Counted from the stretch's first letter, positions 26,742 through 41,010 are shown. The stretch is DNA of 64,000 nt from Octopus vulgaris (GCA_951406725.2 OX597825.1:77500001-77564000), one strand, 5' to 3'. Notes: generated by a model not told the origin, from the letters alone. Numbers and translations are program-made.

Positions 26742-26972
26742 TACTCCGTCTAACAAATCCACTCACTAGACTTTGGTAGACCCGACGCTATTGTAGGAAC
26801 AGTAACCCGAGGTTGGACTGAACCCAGAACCATATTGTTGCAAATCAATTTTCTTACAACACAGCCACATCTGCACGAATATATGCATACATGCATATAT
26901 TATATATGTATAAATGTGTTTATTCAAACACAAATTCGTATGCGTGAGAATGTATATATATATAAATATATA

Positions 26973-27034
<62 letters not shown>

Positions 27035-27562
27035 TTAGAACAGGAGAAAATACCTCAGTGCTGAAATCACATCAATAATGGAACTCAAAATATTTACATT
27101 GTTTCTCTTGTGATATGTTACAGCAGTGGTTTTATCCTTCATGTTTGAAGTCTATGCGGTCATCTGTCGAGAACGGTTTCTTTCAAATGATGTACTGTTT
27201 TCATTAATCAATTAATGAATCTCTTAAAACAGCCGTAATGGATAGACACCTGTACATCTTCGTTATTCATTGATATTTTATTCACCTACCTTGGAATCTG
27301 TACTTCGGAATTACTATAGAAATTATCTTTATATAAAGTACATGTCTGAACAACAAAGAACGGCTCTTTTCACTCATCTGGATCGCTCTTCACACAGGGC
27401 AGGAGTATCAGGTGGAAACATTCCTGCACAGAGATTTGACGTTTAATATTCAATTAATATTGTTTGGGTGTGCTGTTTATATCAACCTAACAAGGTGCCT
27501 CAATTTAAGTACCTAAATCAACGGTATCTTAATTTTATATGTGTGTGCGTGTGTGTGTAAAT

Positions 27563-28153
27563 GTAATGGCAAGCAAATTAGGCAAGTCGATTTACATAGA
27601 ATATTTAATACATTTTATAGAAAACATGTACATGTGTATGGATATAAAATAGTTCGACTTAAAATTCTCCCCTGAAGAGAGAGGCGGTATGATTCGATAA
27701 TGGGCGGCGAGCTGGCAGAAACGTTAGCACGCCGGGCGAAATGCGTAGACGTATTTCGTCTGCCGTTACGTTGTGAGTTCAAATTCCACCGAGGTCGACT
27801 TTGCCTTTCATCCTTTCGGGGTCGATAAATTAAGTACCAGTTATGTACTGGAGTCGATGTAATCGACTTAATACCTATGTCTGTCCTAGTTTGTCCCCTC
27901 TGTGTTTAGCCCCTTGTGGGTAATAAAGAAATAGGTATGATTCGATAATGGATCCAAATAACTATCATTATTCCGCACCACCAAACTCCCACAAACAGCT
28001 GTTGGACTCGTAAACCTCTACCCATTTTACCCCTGATATCATTGATATTCTGTAAGTCGGACTGCTTTATGTCCATACACACGTACATTTTTTTTGTCTT
28101 AAATATATTTAATATTCCGTGTAAATCGACTTGCTTAACTTGCTCGTCATTAC
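27563..28153. mobile_element. Element with inverted termini of about 100 bp, enclosing a hammerhead remnant and a SINE
   Basis: GTAATGGCAAGCAAATTAGGCAAGTCGATTTAC... versus ...GTAAATCGACTTGCTTAACTTGCTCGTCATTAC. Confidence 0.75.
27703..27933 (+). mobile_element. Solitary full-length SINE B2 with an 18-bp TSD
   Basis: GGTATGATTCGATAATGG at 27686-27703 and 27934-27951. Confidence 0.92.
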
Positions 28154-28241
28154 CGGCTCATCTACCGGCTCAAGTTCAAATCTCTTGAGCTCTTCGAAGT
28201 CTATTCTATATAGAGAACACCTGTCTCTAACTATATATATA

Positions 28242-28538
28242 TCACGTGACCGACCAGTCCATCAGATGTAGTTACACATCGCTGGTCACAATGCGTTCCC
28301 ATTGATTTTTAGCCTTCGAATGACGCCACCCCGCTGGCTAAGCGAGCAGGCCAACAGAAGAAAGAGTGGGAGAAAGAGTGGTGAAAGAGTACAGCAGGGA
28401 TCACCACCACCTACCGGAGCCTCGTGGAGCTTTTTAGGTGTTTTCGCTCAATAAACACTCACAACTCCCGGTCTGCTAATCAAAACCATGATCCTACGAC
28501 CGCGAGTCCGCTGCCCTAACCACTGGGTCATTGCACCT

Positions 28539-28540
<2 letters not shown>
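28242..28540 (-). mobile_element. SINE family F (head and middle like family C, different tail)
   Basis: Minus strand: CAGTGGTTAGGGCAGCGGACTCGCGGTCG head, AAGCTCCACGAGGCTCCGG middle, unrelated tail. Confidence 0.82.
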
Positions 28541-28630
<90 letters not shown>

Positions 28631-28900
28631 GTATGTATGTATGTGTGTGTCTATGAATATGTGGGTGGAGGGATTCATACAAGTGTGTTTGTTATTGAGT
28701 CCGTGTGTGTGGGCATGTATTCTCCGTGGATGTATATATTGGTGTATTTCCCAGGCAATTTTTAACGTATATTGAAGTAAAAAGAAAGCATTAATTTTTT
28801 CTTTACAAGTTATTCTTATCAGTCGGGCTATGAAAGGGAAAATATGTGTAAATAGGCAGTGTTTTCCGCTCCCAGTAATTATTCTGACCGTGCTTCATTT

Positions 28901-29321
28901 TACTCTTTACTCTTTTACTCTTTTACTTGTTTCAGTCATTTGACTGCGGCCATGCTGGAGCACCGCCTTTAGTCGAGCAAATCGACCCCAGGACTTATTC
29001 TTTGTAAGCCCAGTACTTATTCTATCGGTCTCTTTTTGCCGAACCGCTAAGTGACGGGGACGTAAACACACCAGAATCGGTTGTCAAGCAATTCTAGGGG
29101 GACAAACACAGACACAAAAACATATACACACACACTTATATACAAATATACATATATACGACAGGCTTCTTTCAGTTTCCGTCTACCAAATCCACTCACA
29201 AGGCATTGGTCGGCCTGGGGCTATAGCAGAAGACACTTGCCCAAGATGCCACGCAGTGGGACTGAACCCGGAACCATGTGGTTGGTTAGCAAGCTACTTA
29301 CCACACAGCCACTCCTGCACC
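28901..29321 (-). mobile_element. SINE family A, full length
   Basis: Reverse complement of the 24342 copy, with a repeated TACTCTTT tail. Confidence 0.9.
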
Positions 29322-29844
29322 TATTTTCTGTCCTCAAGACACATAAGGATAAATATATTTGTAAATTACTAAATTCACACCCTGAAGGAATAAACAAAAT
29401 GGCTGTCGGATTCTATCAGATTTCCTCATAACTCTTTCCACAAATGTCCTCTTTCGTTTTTCGTTTTTTTTTTCTTCTTAACTTGTTTTTTTAATTTACC
29501 TTTTTAGCAGTTATAAAAAAGCGAAAACTAAAGGCGTCATATTTTGAATTTCTTTTAATTTTTCATTTTGAATCCGAGGAAGACAGATATAATGCCGAAA
29601 TATTGTTCAATTCAATAAACAGAATCAATTTCTTTTGCACTCTCATTTTTATAATAATTATAGTCATGCGCTGTTTATCTTGATATGAGGTCACCATGTC
29701 GCCCACATATGCTTCTGACGCATATGTCTGGTGTACCCTCATCAGAGAGGTAGTCCTGATGCGTATATTGGGTTTCGTATATTTGTACCCCAGTGTCACT
29801 TTGATGGCAAGCGCTGCTCTTTCAGCTCGCCACCACTGTACAAT

Positions 29845-29968
29845 AATCCTTTCTACGATAAGCACAAGACCTGCAATCTGGTGGGGGGACGGGGAGTCGA
29901 TTACATCGACCCCCATTGCATAACTGGAACTTATTTCCTCGCCCTCGAAAGGATGAAAGGCAAAGCGA
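29845..29968 (-). mobile_element. SINE B1 3' fragment
   Basis: GCACAAGACC...GTCGATTACATCGACCCC...GAAAGGATGAAAGGCAAAG. Confidence 0.7.
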
Positions 29969-30004
29969 TGAAAAGATGAAAGAACCCGGTGGATTTTGAA
30001 AATG

Positions 30005-30710
<706 letters not shown>

Positions 30711-30845
30711 AAATGCCCTCATGCAATATTGGGCAGTGGCTCTTATGGCTTCTGATCTTAACTGATTCGAAGTGTAACCATGTATGTGATTTGTCTTGGT
30801 TTAAAAGATGGCCTACAGCAAATATTCTACTCAATACCACAGGTC
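30711..30845 (-). mobile_element. Unclassified dispersed repeat (family H); second copy at about 44512-44764
   Basis: TTGTCTTGGT..AAAGATGG.CTACAG.AAATATTCT.CTCAATACCACAG is shared; both copies abut a trinucleotide tract. Confidence 0.65.
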
Positions 30846-31969
30846 TTATTCTTTGAGTTGCGAATATTTGTTTCAAGCTGTTATATATTTTTTTTTAAAT
30901 TTAGACTCAAGAAAATTACTTTTAATATTCACATTTTCGAAAGCAAAGTGAAAGTTTAATCCCATCAACTTGGCCGAGTTAGGATTTTTGTTACGGTTAT
31001 TGCTGTTTTTGATTAACCCCACTTTTGATTTATTTGTGCACTCTTATGATGAAAGGTATTCCAGCCATGAGCATCCATTTAGAAAAATATTAGATCCATT
31101 TACTTAGCCAAGATATTTGTGTGTGATTTGAGGTTGATATGAATTCTGCTTATAAGTGATCGAACATGTAAGGGTTTCTCGATATCTCGCTCCCTGTTTC
31201 ACGCTTGGTCCATAATCTGAACTGGAGTTGAAAGTATACGTAAATAAGCGTTAGCTAATTAACCAAATATTCCACAATTTGAATCCTTTTTTAAGAGCAT
31301 TACTGCCTGACATCAAAAAACGTATCGGATTCAATGATTAAAATCTGATGGATCAATTTAATTCTAACCTATTCAGCAGAAGATAATTTGTCGTCAGTGA
31401 ATACAAGGTTAGCCTAATGGGTAGTTTAGTCACCTATCTAGCCATGAGTCATAATTTGTTACTATGTCTATGATACAGCGGTGTATATCGCTGCCTTTGA
31501 TAAGAAACGCCTGAATGAAATAATAAAATAATTGAAACTTTCGTCGGTTTGATTCATTTACTGAAGGAATGTAAACTATTCTGCGGAAGATAAGTCATTT
31601 TAAATAAATAAATGGATAGTCTAATGGATACTTTAATGAACTATCCAACCGTAAACCGTCACTGCGGCTATGATGCTGAACTCTCGCTTGCTATGATAAT
31701 AATGTAATAAAACATTAAGTGAAAATTAATACTATATACGACTCCTTTCCGAAATATATCTTTTCTGGCATCAAAGGCTGCAAATACCAACTTCATAGGA
31801 AGATTTCGGTTGACAGCCATATTTGGGACAGCTTGTGTGTTGAGGTAAGTGTTGCGTCTCTAGGTTACGGGATGGAGCTGAAACATAACATAGTTAAGCC
31901 CGGGTGGAATCACAATAAAACACTCTGGTGATTGCGTAAACTGATAATCGCTATCTCATATGAGTGACA

Positions 31970-32345
31970 ATGAAAAATCAAAATATTGTGAATAACGGTG
32001 ATAATGAAACTGAAGCCACTGATGGTGACTGTGTTGCACCCGGCAGGCTCAGCGATTCTGGTCCGACTCCAGCCTGTCGATATCCAGTAAGGGACTACCA
32101 TACAGCGTAAATGAAGCAAACAAATTATGCTGTCGTCATGGAGTGTTACTACCCGATCAACCCTGTAGACATGGAACAAATAGGGACTGCTATAAGGGTG
32201 GAGCACTTGCAGAAAACATCACTGCTTGGAACCGCTCGAATACTCCGGAAAGTGCTCGAAAAATAAGGGGTATTGCCTTAGTTTACTGGTAGTGAGCAGC
32301 TGACACCGTAGTACATCTCCAGTGTTAGAAGCTCTAGAAAGGCAA
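31970..32345 (+). pseudogene. Internally deleted R4/Dong-like element (second subfamily): ORF N-terminus fused to C-terminus, plus 3' UTR
   Basis: Frame 31970-32266 with one internal TAA (32108): MKNQN...YHTA*MKQTNYAVVMECYYPINPVD/MEQIGTAIRVEHLQKTSLLGTARILRKVLEK*; followed by (ATG)n(GAG)n(ATA)n. Confidence 0.72.
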
Positions 32346-32409
32346 TGATGATGATGATGATGATGAGGAGGAGGAGGAGGAGGATAATAATAATAATAAT
32401 AATAATCAA

Positions 32410-32444
<35 letters not shown>

Positions 32445-32459
32445 AATAATAATAGCAAC

Positions 32460-32650
32460 ACTTTTCTTCTATAGGCACAAGGCCTGAAATTTGAGGAGAG
32501 GGGTTAAGTCGATTACATCGACACCAGTGCCTGATTGAATAAATAGTAGGCTTAAAAAACAATAAGTCCTGGGGTGGATTTCTTCGACTAAAGACGGTGC
32601 TCCAGCATGGCTGCAAACAAATAACTGAAACAAATAAAAGCATAAAAAGA
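32460..32650. mobile_element. Back-to-back SINE tails: B1 tail (minus) joined to family A tail (plus)
   Basis: AGGCACAAGGCCTGAAAT..GTCGATTACATCGAC, then AATAAGTCCTGGGGT..GCTCCAGCATGG..ACTGAAACAA. Confidence 0.7.
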
Positions 32651-33291
32651 ATACTACACCTGACTTCGGCTGCGATTTAGCATATTTATAAAGTACTGCA
32701 ATCAGTAAACAGAAAAAAAGTCAGCAATGTTGCTGTATCTTTACTGACACCAACAACTTCGCTTTTACAATCTAAACTCCGAGGAAAGGCTAAACCAATT
32801 TTCAGCGACAACCATAAAGCTTACATGGTAAAACTACAGAACCATCGAAGTTAATATGTTAATACTCAATCGTATACACTTAGTAGTGCAGCAAAAAATA
32901 AAAATAAAATTCACTGACTTCATATTTTTCATCATAATATCAGAATAAATTTTAGGAAAATAAAAATAGGAAATAAGTGGATATTTTACCGGTGAGAGCG
33001 TTACATCATAAGGCACAAAAAGAAAATGACTCTTTCCAGACACAACAGAATAAGCTTTTCATTCTCATTGGAATATATTTTCTACAGCTAAAGCATTTGC
33101 GGGAGATGACAATCGTTGCAATCTTTGTATCGTACAGGGTTATGATATCCCAATGTTCAACAGCTGCACAGCAATGCTTCTCAGTTTCATTCATGGAAAA
33201 TTGGAGGCAAACTTTTACATCGTTGTACATTATTTCCAAAGACTTTTATTTTCATTTTGGGAGGGTTTGTCAGATTCTGTGTATTCTTTTA

Positions 33292-33520
33292 GTTTTTTTT
33301 ACTTGTTTCAGTCACTAGACTGCGGCCATGCTGGGATACCACCTTCAAGAATAACCTTTTAGTTGAATGAATCGAACTCAATACTTTTTTTTATTAAGCC
33401 TGGTACCTATTTTATTGCTCACTTTTGCCGAACTGCTAAGTTACGTAGACGTAAAAACATCAGCACCGGTTGTCAATTGGTAGTGGGGGACAGGTAGAGA
33501 CACAAAAAGACACACACACT
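33292..33520 (-). mobile_element. SINE family A, 3' half
   Basis: ACTTGTTTCAGTC..GACTGCGGCCATGCTGG...TTTTGCCGAACTGCTAAG. Confidence 0.75.
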
Positions 33521-33550
33521 CTCTCTCACTCTTTCACATACACATACTAG

Positions 33551-33595
<45 letters not shown>

Positions 33596-34713
33596 CCCCT
33601 TCTTCCTAGCTCTCCTCTTCAACTACAGTTTTCCAACCAGTCATCATGATTGATCGCTAAATCCACGAGGAGGAGGAGGAAGAGAAGAAGAAGAAGAAGA
33701 AGAAGAAGAAGAAGAAGAAGAAGAAGAAGAAGAAGAAGAAGAAGAAGAAGAAGAAGAACCACCACCACAACAACAGCAATAATGATAAAACAAATAAAGT
33801 TCACAAAGATAGCTGGAGACTTCGTTACACAAGTCAAAAACAAGGGCAAAATTGCAGGAGAATATAATGGTTAAAAGCTGTACATATATTTCAAAATGAG
33901 TTTCAATTATCAATATAAATGAATGAAATATAAATGAATGAACACACACGAAAGAAATTAGCAGAGAAGGTGAAGGTGAAATGTATAAATTTGCCGTCCC
34001 TTCCTTCCGTTTTTTCCCCCGCCACCCAACAATGGCGAGTAGCAATGCTTTTAAACAACGCCATTTTTGACATGTCATCGATTTTTCAACTTGATAGCGT
34101 GAATAAAAATATGGACGGAATTACTGGCCATTGATGTGAAGCGAAAGGTGCCAACATGATTGATGTCAACACCGAAATCGAGAAACAAAAGCTTTATGTC
34201 TCGAATTCAATTCAGTTCAAATCGAAAGACGTGCAAAGGACAGTTTGTCTTGTCAGACATTGCCTCATGACTTGCACTTATTACCTTTACACATTTGTTC
34301 AGATATCCATCATCGTAGTTTTACTTTACTTTATTTCATTTTATTTTCATAATTGTTTTCCTTGTTCTTTTCGGTTTTTTTTTCCTTCTTTGTACTAAAG
34401 CGATCGAATTATGTTTCCGCCACGTTTAAGACAGACGAGCGTAACAACAATCGCTCATCGCTTTTTCAGCTTTTCTGATAATCTGCAGTTCATGGGTCAC
34501 AGATGAATGCCGATAGGGCCATTTTCCAGAGAATCTTTGACCGACGAAGAGATGTATAAATTATTGCATCCACAAGTTACTGTAATAACTTTCACAGCGA
34601 AAACAAGGCTCCAAGAAATTTATGAATACCGTTTAATAGGCTGCACACACACACGCACACGCACACACACACACACACACATATACATATATACATACAT
34701 ACATATATATATA

Positions 34714-34845
<132 letters not shown>

Positions 34846-34961
34846 TATATACGTATATATATAACGGGAAGCTTTATGAAAATAGACAAAAGACGAAGGC
34901 AGGTGGAAAACAAACAAACAATGGTATTAGTATGGCGCTCAGGAAATATAAATAAAACAAG

Positions 34962-35029
<68 letters not shown>

Positions 35030-35141
35030 ATATATGAACGTGGAACTCTATGTAACACTTTTTGTGATATTTTTACTGCTTTTAATAAAGCATATAACTC
35101 TACCTCTGGTATTTGAGTACTCTTTTTTTTTCCATATATAT

Positions 35142-35915
35142 GGACACAGACGTGGGTGGGTATTCAGAAGTTTGTTTCCCAACAACATAGTCCCGAGTTC
35201 AGGCCTACTTCATGGCACTATAAACAAGTGTCCTCTACTATAGGTTTAGCGGAATAAGTCCCATTTTGCCAGTTTGAATGTATACGAGACAGTATGTGCT
35301 TGACTATATGCGTAGTTGACAGAATACATTTGTAACATTATATGTTTGTGTGACATTAGACGTGTGACAGTGGACGTGTGACCGTTTAAGTGCGTGTGTA
35401 ACTGAATACGTGTGTGTGACAGTATGTGTGAGATACTAGATGTGTGCAATAGTTTGTGAACGTGCGACTTTGACAGATGAATTTTTGACATTTCATAAGG
35501 CAGAAGTTCGTTTGTAAATTGCAAGGATCCATACTCCAACAGGCTACGTGACATTTTGTGTCATCCGACATTCACTATAGCTTCAGTGGTTAGAGCAGCG
35601 GACCCCTGGTCGAGGGATCGCGGGTTCGAATCTCAGACCGGGCGATGTGTATGTTTATGAGCGAAATACTTAAGCTCCACGCGGCTCCGGCAGAAGGTAA
35701 TGGCGAACTTCTGCTGACCCTTTCGCCACAACGTTCTCTCACTTTTTCCTCCTGCATCTTGCAGCTCACCTGCGACTGACCGGCGTCCCGTCCAGGTGGG
35801 GAACCTATACGCCAAGGAAACCGGGAAACCGTATGAGCCAGGAACATACAAAAATACTATAGCTTCGAGTTTTTGTGAGTCAAATGGACTAGATGGAAAG
35901 AGTAAAGAATCCCAT
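35142..35915 (+). mobile_element. Old SINE A split by an unknown insert (35244-35573) and a SINE C (35585-35855)
   Basis: The A head stops at CTACTATAG (35243) and resumes after 35866; SINE C TSD ACTATAGCTTC at 35574-35584 and 35856-35866. Confidence 0.78.
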
Positions 35916-36277
35916 ATAATACATTGTATCTGTAATCAAATGGGTAGCCATGTCATATGCTGCGCCATATTGTTTCTATCTGATGATTTTGATAAAGGTA
36001 TATTAATATTTCTGCAGAATACACAGCCTGTTTACGTGCAGATACAATGTACAGATAATTCAGATGATCGAACAATTGAAAACTCGTCGTCGATAGTGAC
36101 GGGGATCCATTTATTATCTTCATGAATGAGTCTGTGAAAGAGATAAGTAGTTTATCTGTTCGTGTGACTGATAAGAAAACAATATGGCAAATACACCAGG
36201 ACAAATGAATAGAGAAACGTTGTCTATACATATATACATGTGCGCATATGCACGTATATATGTGTGTGTGTGTGATA

Positions 36278-36331
<54 letters not shown>

Positions 36332-36393
36332 GAATATATATATATGCATGTATTACGTATGTATATATATGTTTGTGCATGCATGTGTATATG

Positions 36394-36485
<92 letters not shown>

Positions 36486-36549
36486 CACACGGACATGTAT
36501 GCATATACTTATTTATAAAGAATTATCGGAGACACAGCTATTTTGTATG

Positions 36550-36591
<42 letters not shown>

Positions 36592-36694
36592 CATACATAT
36601 ATTTGTGTGTGTATAATGAGGGAAGGAGAGAATAGCATCAGAGAGGGAGTAAGAGTGAGACAGAGAGAGTGTTTTAATATTCATGTGTCTACAC

Positions 36695-36783
<89 letters not shown>

Positions 36784-36794
36784 TGGCTGTCAGC

Positions 36795-36836
<42 letters not shown>

Positions 36837-37224
36837 TCGTGTGTGCGTTTTTCCGTTCTCTTCGTGGTACTTTGTGTATGCACTGAAGTAGTTGGAAAAT
36901 ATGTTTTCCTTGTTAAGAGGAAGAATTTGAGAAATAATCAAGAAAATTATTGACAATGCGAGGGCAAATGTTATCTCAAAGCAACAGTTATATCAGAGCA
37001 TTGGAAAACGTATTAGAATTTCACCAGGAAGATATTGGTGTCTGTGGACTTTGTACTGGCGAATATTCTGGTAATAGCATGAACAAACAGCGACTGGGCA
37101 GCTAGATGAGTTCAACCGTTATCTATAAACAAGAAGAATTTACTATAGTTTGGATATGGAAGACGTTGCGCAGGATGTGTGCGATCGTGCGTGCCTACAT
37201 GTGTGTATGTGTGTTTGTGTGTTT

Positions 37225-37267
<43 letters not shown>

Positions 37268-37548
37268 TACTGGTGCTGTTTTTCTTCTGTAGTCATCGCT
37301 ACCATTCATTCATAACAAACATTGACAAACTTATGAACCCATGTGTGTGCACGTATGTACATATATGTGTGTGTGTGTGTGTGTATGCGTTGTATGTGTG
37401 TGTGAGACAGAGAGCCAGTGTTTATTACATATATACCTGAGTGCGTATATATATATATACATACATGCAAATGGGTGTGTATATATATATTTTGAACCTT
37501 GAAGATCAGTTTGATATAAAACATATGTACAGATTCGAAAACATATGC

Positions 37549-37582
<34 letters not shown>

Positions 37583-37628
37583 ATGTATGTATGTATGTAT
37601 GTATATATGTATGTATATATACACACAC

Positions 37629-37674
<46 letters not shown>

Positions 37675-37851
37675 ACAATCGCCTGCACATCTTAATTTGT
37701 ATATGTATCAGTGTGTTTAACATCTGAACGTTTGCGTGCACTGTCATATGTATGTATACTTACATGCATAATATATATATATATATGTGTATATATGTGA
37801 TTATGTATATATACATATATGAGTATATATATATATACATACATACACATG

Positions 37852-37924
<73 letters not shown>

Positions 37925-38462
37925 CATATATACAGATACACCATCAATTATATGTATGAATAGGTGTGTATATCGATCGAACGCTACATTCGATTGTACA
38001 ATCTGTCTCTCTTTGGTCACCATGAAATTCTATAGACATCGTTAGTATTGGTTGGGCACTGACATACAATAAACGTCCAATTTTCTATTTGTTTGTAGAA
38101 GATCTTCAGTGAAAATTGAACTAACCGGTACAAAGAAAGCCTGCAAATAAAGCTACATGTACAAATTGGGGGAAATTTAAGGTGTTGGGGTATATGAGAA
38201 AGAATGAGTGGTAAGGAGATGGACAGAGGGAGGGAAATGAGAACTGGGTGGCGGCTGATTAGAGGGAAGGAGATGAAGAATAGAAAAAGAAGTGGTGAAC
38301 GGCGGTTGAGTTAAGAGAGTGACTGAGGCTCAAAGGAAAAGAGAGTGGGGGAGAAACAGAGAGAGAGAGAGAGAAGGAATTGTGTTGAAGAGAGAAGGAT
38401 GAAACAACGAAACAGAAATAAATGAACGACCAAAGTGACGTTTGTATATGTATATATATATG

Positions 38463-38520
<58 letters not shown>

Positions 38521-38527
38521 TGTATGT

Positions 38528-38571
<44 letters not shown>

Positions 38572-38807
38572 CCATATATACATATATTTATACATATATA
38601 TATGTAGAAAAGTGCATATATACATATATATATACACATATATACACATATATACACATATATTTACATATATACATGTGTATGTATATATCTATACATG
38701 TATACATGTATGTATATATACATACATTTATATGTACATATATATATATATGTTTGTATGTATATATATATATATGTATTTAACCATTTATTCATTTATG
38801 TTTGTGC

Positions 38808-38852
<45 letters not shown>

Positions 38853-39632
38853 GGTGGGTGGTGTGTGTAAGCATTTTTTTATGTATGTATGTATACATGA
38901 GTGTATATATATAGAATCGAACCGATACAAACAATGAGCAGGAGACTCGCAGAGAAATAAATTTGCTGATATGACGGGTCACTATTGAAACTAAATCGTG
39001 TAGTCTTACGTAAATTTGTATGACGAGACCGAAAGAACTAAAGGAAGATAAGAATCAATGAGAATTCCTGACAAAGCAATGTTGAAATAAGACAGGAAAA
39101 AGGCTTCAATATATATACGAAATGAAATATTCTTATACTTACAAAATGGAGGTTTTTGTGATGTTACTTGCGATAAATGTTGTTGTGTTAGTCATGTTGG
39201 TGGGGGTTAAACATGTCTGTTTTGTTAGAGGCTAAAGGCTAAACAATATTACTGTTTTATAACCGTGTTTTTAGAAAATGTTTTGTCAATTTTTTTTTTA
39301 TTTTCTTTAATCTCCTTACCCTTATGCTATCCTCTTTCACCGGGGGAACAATTTTTGTTCTGTTTGAAAGCGAAATAAAATCGTAGAGATTTTTTTTATT
39401 TTTACTTTTGCTTAATCAGAGGAAAAAATATTGAATGAAGGTCAGCAATAAATAAATAAGGCGACAAAACGATGAGAGAATAAAAGTACAGAAAAAGAAC
39501 GAAGGCGAAAAAACGAAAATGAAGGACAAACATCATTTATATTAACACTAGAATTCCGATAGAAAACTAACAGTATTTCCTCCATATTGAATAAAATAAT
39601 ATCCACCATGTTGACTGGATTGACGCATGCAG

Positions 39633-39671
<39 letters not shown>

Positions 39672-39755
39672 TATATACATATATATATATATATATGTAT
39701 ACACACACACACACATATATATATACATATGTGTGTGTGTGTGTGTGTATATACG

Positions 39756-39787
<32 letters not shown>

Positions 39788-39995
39788 TATATATATATAT
39801 AATTAAGGGATCAGCAAAAGGTTCCTTCACCACATACCGAAATTTAGAAATAGCAGCCAAACTACTAATTCTTCTACTACAATATATCTCCACAGATAAT
39901 ATTACTTGTAATTCACAGGCCAAAAAGAAAGCAAAATAACGAAACTAACCAGTCCTTAGTTAATCATATACGCGTTTTGGGATTAGAATGGTGTA

Positions 39996-40297
39996 GTGGA
40001 GGCACATGGCCTAGTAGTTAGAGCAGCGGACTCGCGGTCGAGGGATCGCGGGTTCGAATCTCAGACCGGGCGATGTGTGTGTTTATGAACGAAATACCTA
40101 AGCTCCATGCGGCTCCGGCAGAAGGTAATGGCGAACTTCTGCTGACTCTTTCGCCACAACTTTCTCTCACTCTTTCCTCTTGCATCTTGCAGCTCACCTG
40201 CGACGGACGGGCGTCCCGTCCAGGTGTGGAACCTATACGCCAAGGAAACCGCGAAACCGGCCCTTATGAGGCAGGCGTGGCTCGAGTAGGAACAAAC
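39996..40297 (+). mobile_element. Full-length tRNA-derived SINE, family C, with a 14-bp TSD
   Basis: A box TGGCCTAGTAG, B box GGTTCGAATCT; ATTAG(A/G)ATGGTGTA at 39982-39995 and 40298-40311. Confidence 0.9.
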
Positions 40298-40379
40298 ATT
40301 AGGATGGTGTAAAATGCGATCCCCATTTTTAAGCTGGGAAACGTCACTAGCAAATTACCAGTGATCTGGAGTGACACAG

Positions 40380-40549
40380 TTGTTAAGGCAGAACTGAAAA
40401 CTGGAAGAAAGCTGGTGCAATAGAAAGAGCCCACCACGTTTGAGAAGCAAATAAGTAACACCATCAAGGCCTGGAGAGGATATAGTTGCACTTATTCTTG
40501 AGATGGCGTCGCAGCATTGCGGATATGAATTTCACAGATGTTACGGAAT

Positions 40550-40584
<35 letters not shown>

Positions 40585-41010
40585 ACAGTAGTAATGGTGA
40601 CTCGGGACTTAATATTGTAGGGTTGGGTGGAATTAGGTGAGATGGTGGTGCCGAAGCAGATGCTGTTGGTTACTGGCCAAATGGTGATCCGTGACCTCCT
40701 TATCACTGGGTCAGTTGATGCTCTACAGCCATTGATCAATATAGCTTCTAGTTTGTCTGTGTGCGTGTGAACGATGTAGTATGTTGTGGCTTAATCTTTG
40801 ATTTTGTTTTCAATTTGTCTTTCCGTTCTGTGAAAGGACCGCAAAGTGAATTTGTCAGCAATTTTGCAGCAAACGTTAGATGTTTTCACTATCGTTGAGA
40901 TGAGTTTATCATCCATTAATCTAGGCACCATTTTTACCTTGTGTCCAGTTGCGTTTTAGAATGTTGCTGGCCATGTCCAGTAGAGGGACATTATTAAATG
41001 ATTCAATGTA
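40380..41010 (-). mobile_element. Possible old CR1/L2-like LINE ORF2 fragment, interrupted by (TAG)n
   Basis: Peptides HTDKLEAI..DPVI and FYCTSFLP loosely match CR1/L2 C-terminal motifs. Confidence 0.3.

Noticed and set aside
29730-29790. Minus-strand GAAA...CTGATGA possible type II hammerhead
   Set aside because: No compatible stems; it lies in an unclassified segment.
31775-31830. GGCTG...CAGCC pairing as an HDV-like ribozyme upstream of mini-Dong
   Set aside because: I could not assign the P2, P1.1 and L3 elements by eye.
32159-32172. ACCCTGTAGA resembles the miR-10 5' end
   Set aside because: The match stops after about 10 nt, there is no hairpin, and it lies within the Dong-like frame.
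39996-40070. tRNA-like sequence as a functional tRNA gene (also 57981-58060)
   Set aside because: Acceptor stems are imperfect and the sequence continues into a repeat body; these are SINE heads.
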